64,000 bases of DNA from Lepidodermella squamata (lineage: Eukaryota; Animalia; Gastrotricha), in assembly GCA_047495785.1 (NCBI GenBank), contig JBLDXI010000013.1, positions 3,844,001 through 3,908,000 on the forward strand, written 5' to 3'. The translations under genes and the position numbers were made by a program. The notes beneath the pieces were generated by a model. The model did no database searches. It had not been told where the DNA came from and was given only the letters and a program-made list of their open reading frames with translations. Below, piece by piece: positions 55,034-64,000 of the stretch. Numbering within the stretch: the stretch's first letter is position 1; each line of letters begins with the position of its first letter.

Positions 55034-56311
55034 ATGACCACTGTGGTTAATCCTCTTGCCAATCCCAAAGGAGTGAAGCTGTTATGTGAGCTCTGTAAAC
55101 GACCTGCGCACACATTATGTGAAAACTGTCGTGTCACTTACTACTGCAGTCATGAGCATAAAGAACTGGATAAAGATGGAATCCACGACAAAATTTGTGA
55201 AACCATCAAATTCATCAAGACCAAGGTTAATTTCTTACCATCCGAAGAGGAGCGCCGGCTTTTTGAAGAGACGATGCATAACAAAAAATTGGAAGTAATC
55301 GAAACTAGCAGGACCATAGGTCAAAAATCCTTGTTCGAGGGAAAATATCAACAAGCCATCCCGGCTGCTATGCAAGCTCTGAAAATGGCTATTGAAGTGT
55401 ACGGACTTGGCAGTGTGGAATTGGTATTTACTTTTCTGAAGGAAGCCATGATTTTGTGTAATTTTTCCCATTTTGCCAGGTTCCCTCTTATTTGATTCTG
55501 GGAGAAGCTAGCATTGGAACGGGTGATCTGAAGCAAGCCGAGGAGTATCTGACCCAAGCTGAATGGACTGTGTTAAAAGGCGACTGCCCGCCTCAGATCA
55601 AGTACAAATTATTCAGGATCATGGGCATGCTTCGCGCTGCTCGCGGGGAAAACCAAGAAGCTCTGGAAATGTTCGCCGATGATGTATGTCATATTTTTGC
55701 AACCAATTCTTAAGATTTATGAAAATGGTCGTTCAGATTTATCACGCTTCAATTGCGTATAGTCCCGAAGATATTCATGCGGCCGGCGGTTATTTTCACA
55801 TGGCCAGCGTTTTTTTATCAATGAGTGAGGTCGAAACTGCGAATTCATTAGTAAAGAAAGTCACCTCTGTCTGGTTCGAATATCTAACTCGATTGACACT
55901 CTTCCGCCTGAGCGATCCTAAGACTTTTATATCAGAGCTGCCACGTAGAGAAGATCCTCCTTCCTTAGCAGAAGAGGGCTTAGATGAAGCTCAACAAGCG
56001 GAAGCTCATAAAGTGTTATCGTCTATAATTGAGGCTCGCAAGAGCATTCTTCATGATGATGAACAGCTTGCTGATACCCTTTTCTCGCTCTCAATGTTGT
56101 CATTCGCCGTCGCTGATTTCGAAAAAGTGAGTACAAGAAGAGCGAATACTTGAGGATGCACATTTTTTGTTTTTTGCAGGCTACTCGGCTATGTCAGGAA
56201 GGTCTCGCGCTGGTGGCAACGCTTGACGACTACCCACAGCAGAAAGTCGGCCTCATGCAACGGTTGAATCATGAGCTGACAACAAACCCCACCTTCATAT
56301 CTGAGAGTTAA
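55034..56311 (+). CDS. ZMYND12: Zinc finger MYND and TPR protein 12 (4 exons)
   Basis: VNPLANPKGVKLLCELC..CENCRVTYYCSHEH..GIHDKIC, AIPAAMQAL, LILGEASIG and AGGYFHMASVF. Confidence 0.92.
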
Positions 56312-57261
56312 TAGCTGACCAAACACTCATATCTTTGAATGATTCACTCATATATTATATGATTTATACGTTTAACAATAAATTGCATCTAAGACATGGC
56401 ATGATAGGAAAACCGGCACTCCGTCTTTTGATCGAAAGCTTTTGGCGTAAAAAAATTCGCCTTGTAGCGAGTATAATTAATAATTTTGCTAATTTTAAAA
56501 ATAGTTTAATTTATCTATTTTACTAGAAATAGTACTAGTACTAGAAATTTTCAAAGTTTTGAAAATCAAAATTCTCAAGTTGGGAAATGAGCGTAAAAAA
56601 TGTTATAAAAACAGTCGTGTGCATGTGAAATTGCGCCGCCATAGCGCCATAGGACACAAGATTCCGCATTGCGTGAGTCTCAACAACAATTTTTAAGCTA
56701 ACTTTTTCCAATCGCATTAAAAAAAACATTAAAAATTGGTGGCGTTTGCTTATACCTTGACACTTGGACACATTCTTTTCCAGATTCCCCTTCCAGATTC
56801 CTTGGACAGATTCCCCGCCTGAAGTAGCCACCCGGAATAACTTGTCAATAGCGTTGATTAGGCCGTACTTCTTATATAGCTCTTGACAAGTGAAAAACTG
56901 GTCACGCGAACAAGAAAGCAAAAACTATTGATGAATCTTTCGGCACACATAACAGTGCTAGCGTGTCAGATCTCTCTTAATAATTATCTACGCCATACGC
57001 GTGAGAGTACAGTCTAAGGAAATTTATTGATCTAAGCTTTTTTCATGAATCAGTTGTCCATAGCTTGAAAACATTTATGAAGGTCAAATTTCGTTGATAA
57101 ATAGCGCAAAAATAAGCAATTTTTAACCACAGAATCTCCAAGTTATTATCCACATTAAAAGACGCCTTCGCCATCAGTTTCTACTTTCTTTGCAGAATTG
57201 GCGCTTATCATCAGAATATTTTATTAGATACTTATATTGCATTCTTGATTCACCTGTCGTT

Positions 57262-58437
57262 ATGTCTGCAAAAAAGGTTATTTCGATTATCGGAGCAACC
57301 GGCAAGCAAGGCGGAGCTCTTCTTCATGCAATCGTCAGTGAGGGTGCTTCGAGTGTTCATTCCTCGAGCTATCACTCGCGACACATCCTCCGAAAAGGTT
57401 GGTTGCTAGATTTTTTCTGACCAACTTTTTCCGAGATCAGTTTGGGAAGTTTATAAAATCATGGAAAAAATGTTGTCTTTGAATAAATTGATTTTGAGCC
57501 AACTGGCCAAATTTTCATTTTATCAAACTATTCTTTGTACTAACTTTCCGTTTTCGTTTCAACTTCAAGGCACAAGAATTGAAGAAACTCGGCGTTGAAT
57601 TAGCTCAAGCCGATGCCAATGATATACCTGCCCTGACTAACGCCATCAAAGGCTCTTATGGCGTGTTCGTGGTCTCAGTGGTTGACTTCGGAGACCCTGA
57701 GAAGGAGATCGCCCAGGCAAAGAACATGGCCGAGGCAGTGCGGTAACAATGAGACGTCTCTAAACAAAAAAAACTTTAAATTTTTCAATTTTTTTCTGAA
57801 ACGAAGAAATGCCGGGGTCAAGCACGTGATCTGGTCGACGATCGAGGATACTCGAAAACAGTTTCCCTTGGAAAGCACCCGGATGCCGACCTTGCACGGA
57901 CGATTCAAGGTCCCCCATATGGACTCAAAGGGCGAATCTGACGCTTTTTTCGCTGACCTGCCAACTACCTATTTGCTGACCGCATGCTATTGGGACAATT
58001 TTCACCCCAACGGGTTCGTCCGTAAATTCCCTGATGGCAAGCTTTACATCACTCTGCCTGGTTTCGATGACAAGAAAATGCCTGGAATTTCGACTGAAGA
58101 TATTGGAAAATGCGCGTTGGGTATTTTCAAACGCCCTGAACTTATCAATAAGCGCATCGCCATTGCCAGCGATCACGTGACCAAAGCTGAAATAGCGGCG
58201 GTTTATAAGAAGGTTCTCAACGTCGACGTCATTCCTGGCAACGTTACCTTTGACGATTTCCGCAAGCTGGGCTTCAAAGGTGCCGAAGACCTCGGCAGCA
58301 TGTTCCAGTATATGCACGATTCGAAGGATTATCGCCAAGTTCGTAGCGTCGAAGAGACGAGAAAACTGAACCCGGAACTGCTGTCCTTTGAACAATGGGT
58401 TGCCAAAAACAAGGACGGCTTCAATTTTGATGCTTAA
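57262..58437 (+). pseudogene. NmrA/HSCARG-family NAD(P)-binding protein (3 exons) with an apparent +1 frameshift in exon 1; pseudogene or assembly error
   Basis: IIGATGKQGGA in frame 1. FIPRAITRD..SEK continues in the +1 frame from 57356. Later VPHMDSKGE, EDIGK and NPELLSFEQW. Confidence 0.75.
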
Positions 58438-58890
58438 CAGAAATACATTTCTGAGCAGAATCAATTAAAACGGAAATAAGAATTATGTAACTCGAGTCAT
58501 TCATAAATTATTTGAGTGTAAAGCCATAAAATTTCGAATAAAGTTATGATTAAATATTGTGAGGTGGATATATGTGTAGTTGCGATAGCAGAACTGTCGT
58601 GATTGTAAAAAGAGTGGCACATATGACTTTTGAATCAGGTCAAGAATGAGTCTCATAAAAGTTTGATAATATCTCTCGAAATATGCCTTGAAAGATAAAT
58701 CCAGCAGCAAAATTAATCGTTCACAGGTGAGCGATAGACCTTATATTTCTTATACTTATGCATTCTTTTGTCCTTGCGAAAGCCATATTTCTCAGCTGCG
58801 CTCCTGACCTGATATTTCAAACCTCATTCAGCTCATTTTTATTCAATTAAAAAAATTCGAAATCAAATAAACACTGTTGCAACAACTTGT

Positions 58891-58906
58891 GGCCCTGAAA
58901 AGGGCC
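58891..58906 (-). promoter_or_regulatory. Histone 3' stem-loop (H2B)
   Basis: GGCCCTTTTCAGGGCC. Confidence 0.95.
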
Positions 58907-58948
58907 GGTTCGGAGTGGGAAGACGATGTTGATGTCTTCGTCAGCAGC

Positions 58949-59323
58949 TTATTTCGAGCTGGTGTACTTGGTAACGGCCTTGGTGCCTTCAGAGACAGCG
59001 TGCTTGGCAAGCTCACCGGGCAGCAGGAGGCGCACAGCCGTTTGTACCTCTCGACTGCTGATGGTGGCCTTCTTGTTGTAGTGGGCCAGGCGCGACGACT
59101 CGAGGGCAATACGCTCGAAGATGTCGTTGACGAACGAGTTCATGATGGCCATGGCCTTGCCGGAGATGCCGGTGTCAGGGTGAACCTGCTTCAACACCTT
59201 GTAGATGTAGATGTTGTACGACTCGCGGCGGCGATGGCGCTTCTTCTTCTCGCCAGCGGTCTTCGGCTTCGCGGCCTTCTTCGAACCCTTCGAAGCGACT
59301 TTACCAGTAACCTTCGGCGACAT
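58949..59323 (-). CDS. H2B: Histone H2B (separated from its promoter by a LINE insertion)
   Basis: [22 protein letters not shown]...[21 protein letters not shown]. Confidence 0.98.
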   Translation of the reverse strand: MSPKVTGKVASKGSKKAAKPKTAGEKKKRHRRRESYNIYIYKVLKQVHPDTGISGKAMAIMNSFVNDIFERIALESSRLAHYNKKATISSREVQTAVRLLLPGELAKHAVSEGTKAVTKYTSSK

Positions 59324-59348
59324 GATGATTGATTGAGATTGTAAGCGG

Positions 59349-61102
59349 TTTTTTTTTTTTTCCAACGGTCTTGTTTTATTGGAAAAACGGTCTCTTGTTT
59401 AACAACTTCTGACCGACAGTAGTAGCAATGATATCAAATGCAGCAAATCTTAACAATTACAGCATATGTTATGCGTTTCATCTTTTTATAAAAAACAAGA
59501 AATATATATGACAACGCACACACTCATTTACAGTCGTGGCACAGGGCTAATGTGGTTTTGTTGTTTATTTTATTTTGTGTATATATGTGTATTGTGTATG
59601 GGTTTTTGTCGTTTTATTTTCTGTATTAAACTGACTGATGCTCATATAAATACATAGATAGACAAGGCCTAACGGCCCACAAAATTGATGAACTGTCCGA
59701 GCGGGGTACCAGCCACGCCCCACTCTCGACGATGGTCGGCGATCATGGCGGCGACTGGTGGCACGAACTGCATAGCCCGATCAGCAAAGCCGACTGCTAG
59801 TTTCAGCCAGCGGCGTTCCAGCGGCTCCACTCCAGTTAGGCGGTAGAGCTCAGATTCGTCCTGCTTGTCCAGAATAGACGAGCCGATGATCGCCCGCAAA
59901 CAGTTGTTCTGCAGCACGATCAAGCGCTTTTTCTGCGCATACGACGCATCCAACCAGGCCACACAGGAGTATTCAAGAACCGGTCTCACGATCGTCAGAT
60001 ACAGCAACTTCCGCGAGGCAAAGCCAAGCGGCGAACCAGGAAAGCAGACCCGGCGAAGAGCCCCGAGTCGAGATCGCGCATCCGCCTCGATGTTGTCGAA
60101 ATGCGGCTTCCACGATCCGATCGCGTCAAACGTGACACCCAGGTACTTCGCCGTCGCGACCTTCGGCAGCTTCTCGTCACCCACAAACAGCCGGTCGTCG
60201 TCGTTGACTTGTCCGCCAAACCGCAACATTTGGCACTTCGGCGGACTAAGCGGCAACTTCCAGAGTCTGCTCCATCGAGAGACCCGCGTCAGCGCCGTCT
60301 GCACCCGCTGCTTCGCCATCCCAGTGTAGCAAGCCACAGCGAACAAGAGCACGTCGTCAGCGAACGAAGCGGTGAAGGCCTTGCGCTCGTCGCTGTTGTT
60401 GTCCGGCATCAAGTCCGCTGTGAAAAATGCAAAGAGTATAGGGCTCAATGAGGATCCTTGCGGAACCCCTGAGCCGATATCTGCTGTCTCACTGAAGGAG
60501 CTACTCACCTTGACCGTAAAGGTCCGGCCGGTCAGGAAGGACGAGACCCAGCGCACCATTGATCTTGGAACAGCGACGCAGTCTCGAAGCTTCACGCGCA
60601 GCGAGTTGTGACACACCGCGTTGAAGGCGCCTTCGAAGTCCAGCAGGGCCGCGATCATCACCATCTTCGTTCGACGACGCCGCGCCATCGCTCTGGCCTG
60701 CGAGAATCGGAAAGTTTGATCGCTCGTCGATCGGCGTATCTGAAAACCAGACTGATGATCAGGAATTATATTATTTGTCCTGAAAAGAAGAGCTAGCCTA
60801 GTAGCCAAAATGAGCTCTAGCAGCTTCGCAACTGTCGGAAGAAGCGACACGGGACGGTAACCTGACGGTTTCGACAAGTCCTTCCCTGACCTCGGAAGCG
60901 GGACGATAACGGCCAACTTCCACCTCTCCGGCACGAACCCACAAGCTAGGCTATAATTGTACAAATGGCGCAGATACGCCCAAAGTACCGGCCCACCCTT
61001 CTTGATGAGCACGTTCGAAATCTCATCACGGCCTGGAGCCTTGAGCTTCAAACGTCGAACCGCGCTTCTCATCTCAGCCCTTGAGATCATGACTTTCACG
61101 TC
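59349..61102 (-). mobile_element. 5'-truncated Jockey/I-group LINE with open RT ORF (59669-61090), AATAAA, A13 tail and TSD
   Basis: KAPGRDEI, YRPVSLL, QSGF, GVPQGSSLSP and FADD. AATAAA at 59375-80, A-tail at 59349-61, TSD ATTGTAAGCGG(T) at 59338-59349 and 61103-61114. Confidence 0.95.
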
Positions 61103-61114
61103 ATTGTAAGCGGT

Positions 61115-61471
61115 GATAACGCAAAAATTATTACAACTTCCGAACAATCTAGGCGCGCACTTTCGCGTTCCTTTTAACATCCGGTCGGCATTAGTGCGCG
61201 CGTCCTGTTACGCTAACGAGTGTGCCGTTTCAAATTAACGACACGTGCCTGGACGCGAGCAATAATTATTATAAAGACGCGCGCGCGGTAAAAGCACGCA
61301 ATCTGATTGGCTAATAAAGCAATAAACAATGTTTCGAAAATTTGAATTGTGCAGCATCGCGAAATAAATGCCAGCCAGGGGTATTTAAGGGAAATTCAGG
61401 TGTTCAGAAAATTTGTTCGTGCTCAGACTGCAAATTTTGCATTTTAAAGCTTATCAACATCATCATCAACA
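61115..61471. promoter_or_regulatory. Divergent H2B/H2A promoter
   Basis: CTGATTGG (inverted CCAAT) at 61303-10, GCGCGC tract, and TATTTAA at ~61382. The same motifs recur between H4 and H3. Confidence 0.65.
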
Positions 61472-61915
61472 ATGTCCGCTCCAGCTGCTGGTCGTGGTAA
61501 GGGAGGCAAGGTTAACCGCCAGAAGGCCAAGACGAAGTCATCGCGTGCTGGTCTCCAATTTCCGGTCGGTCGTATCACCCGTCTTTTGAAGCGCGGTAAC
61601 TACGCCGAGCGTGTCGGTGCAGGTGCGCCCGTGTACCTCGCTGCTGTCATGGAGTACCTGGCTGCGGAAGTCCTCGAGTTGGCCGGTAACGCCGCTCGAG
61701 ACAACAAGAAGACCCGCATTGTGCCTCGCCACATCCAACTGGCCATCCGCAACGACGAGGAGTTGAACAAGCTGCTGTCGCACGTTACGATTGCTCAAGG
61801 TGGTGTTCTGCCCAACATCCAGACCGTCCTGCTGCCCAAGAAGTCGGCCGAGGCCCCCGCTGCCAAGCCGGCGACTGGTGGCAAGAAGAAGGCCGCCGCA
61901 AGCCAATCTCAGTAA
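61472..61915 (+). CDS. H2A: Histone H2A with extended H2A.X-like C-terminal tail
   Basis: [13 protein letters not shown]...[20 protein letters not shown] followed by [23 protein letters not shown]. Confidence 0.97.
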   Translation: MSAPAAGRGKGGKVNRQKAKTKSSRAGLQFPVGRITRLLKRGNYAERVGAGAPVYLAAVMEYLAAEVLELAGNAARDNKKTRIVPRHIQLAIRNDEELNKLLSHVTIAQGGVLPNIQTVLLPKKSAEAPAAKPATGGKKKAAASQSQ

Positions 61916-61958
61916 GCGACTTGACCGTCATCGAGCAGCTTTTCAATAAGCATGAACC

Positions 61959-61974
61959 GGCCCTTTTCAGGGCC
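61959..61974 (+). promoter_or_regulatory. Histone 3' stem-loop (H2A)
   Basis: GGCCCTTTTCAGGGCC. Confidence 0.95.
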
Positions 61975-62714
61975 ACAAGTTGTTGCAACAGTGTTTTCTT
62001 TACGTATATGTTTGAAGTCGAATAAAACATCCAAAGGAAAATCAGTGTCAGGTGCACAAACAGATCGAGATGAATTTATTGCTCTTCAGTTTATGATAAC
62101 ACATTGGAGATCAGGATCCTTGATATTGTAAGTCCACCCCATAATGATGCTGAAAATGCGGTTAAGAGCCCAGTTCATGAAAAGTTGAGGAAATATTTCA
62201 AATTCTTGCATAACATCTTTCGAAAATGTTGCAACTAGGACAAGATGCAATTCGTAGACGAAATGTTAATATTACTTGTTGATACCTACATGAACGGGAA
62301 ACGATCAGTCTGGCAAACACAGGTAATCTCGTTATAAAGCAGTCGCCGGGTCACTTCTTTACTTTGACCTGAAATCTCTTCAAATTTTTGATTTCATGAT
62401 GGCATATAACGCGATGGTAGAGGTCATGATAATTTTGGCACATAATTAATATTTGAATGGATTTCTATTCAATTTTGGTTCCGAATCGCAAAAATATTCT
62501 CGAAATTTTGTTCTCTTTCTCTCTCTGAATATTTCACGGAATTATTGCCGGGAACATTTTTCTCGGTTAGTTTTTGGCGATCTGCAATAATTGTAACACG
62601 GGGGTTGACACACCCTCGGAAATTTAGATAGGTAGTAGAAACTCGCTGTACAATTTATTTATTCAATTGAAAGAAATCACGTGAAGATTTTCAAACACTG
62701 TTGCAATAACTTGT

Positions 62715-62730
62715 GGCCCTGAAAAGGGCC
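62715..62730 (-). promoter_or_regulatory. Histone 3' stem-loop (H4)
   Basis: GGCCCTTTTCAGGGCC. Confidence 0.95.
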
Positions 62731-62779
62731 GGTTAGGGCTGAAGACGCTGATGTTGAGAGCAGTTGATGGATGATGATC

Positions 62780-63770
<991 letters not shown>

Positions 63771-63800
63771 GCGACCAGTCTACTGAAGATCACACCGACC

Positions 63801-63816
63801 GGCCCTTTTCAGGGCC
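63801..63816 (+). promoter_or_regulatory. Histone 3' stem-loop (H3)
   Basis: GGCCCTTTTCAGGGCC. Confidence 0.95.
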
Positions 63817-64000
63817 ACAAGTTGTTGCAACAGTGTTTACATTAAATTAAAACCGTGTGAAAAATACTAATAAATAATAGACGACGGTGTATTACCGTAT
63901 CATAATATGTTCCCTGCTAGTAACGGTAGCAAACAGCTGCAGAAAATCTATGAGAACTCGAGGCTAAATGATGTTTCACTGATTCCTAGTGATAAATGGG

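Noticed and set aside
59324-59365. N-terminal extension of H2B (MEKKKNR...) in the ORF track
   Set aside because: It starts at a TTG and reads through the LINE poly(A) tail. The true start is ATG 59323.
61091-61180. N-terminal extension MLKGTRK... of the 503-aa RT ORF in the track
   Set aside because: It crosses the TSD into H2B promoter sequence, so it is a chance open frame probably starting upstream of the TSS.
61908-61920. GTAAGC donor-like sequence overlapping the H2A stop, which could splice on an EY/EF ending
   Set aside because: I found no downstream acceptor giving Q-E-Y/F before H4, and TAAGCGAC also follows the H3 stop, so it looks like shared UTR sequence.

Overview
Gene-dense eukaryotic (animal) genomic DNA with very short introns (mostly ~50-60 nt). 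Motile-cilia-associated genes (ZMYND12, WDR88) suggest a ciliated, compact-genome invertebrate, but the taxon cannot be fixed from this window. About 25 protein-coding genes are recognisable: PUS7, DPM1, WDR88, an RGK-like GTPase, MOSPD, PIN4, FARSB, two paralogous unknown single-pass membrane proteins, MCM7, two CUB/LDLa/trypsin proteases plus a dead paralog, a C19orf12-like protein, SPRYD7, NSUN5, DCP2, ASCC1, LIPT2, DPM3, ZMYND12, a bacterial-looking NmrA, and an H2B/H2A/H4/H3 histone quartet. There are also three non-LTR retrotransposon insertions and four MITEs. Most notable: (1) housekeeping genes form head-to-tail runs with mostly 0-200 nt gaps and unpaired splice acceptors, typical of operons resolved by trans-splicing, including a DPM3 stop codon directly abutting the LIPT2 start (TAA-ATG); (2) a LINE with a TSD sits in the H2B 5' leader, placing an open RT ORF under the histone promoter; (3) all four histone 3' ends share stem-loop + a non-canonical 22-nt element + AATAAA; (4) the cluster H2A has an H2A.X-like tail ending in SQSQ. 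Gene models were assembled by eye and family calls rest on recalled motifs, not database searches.
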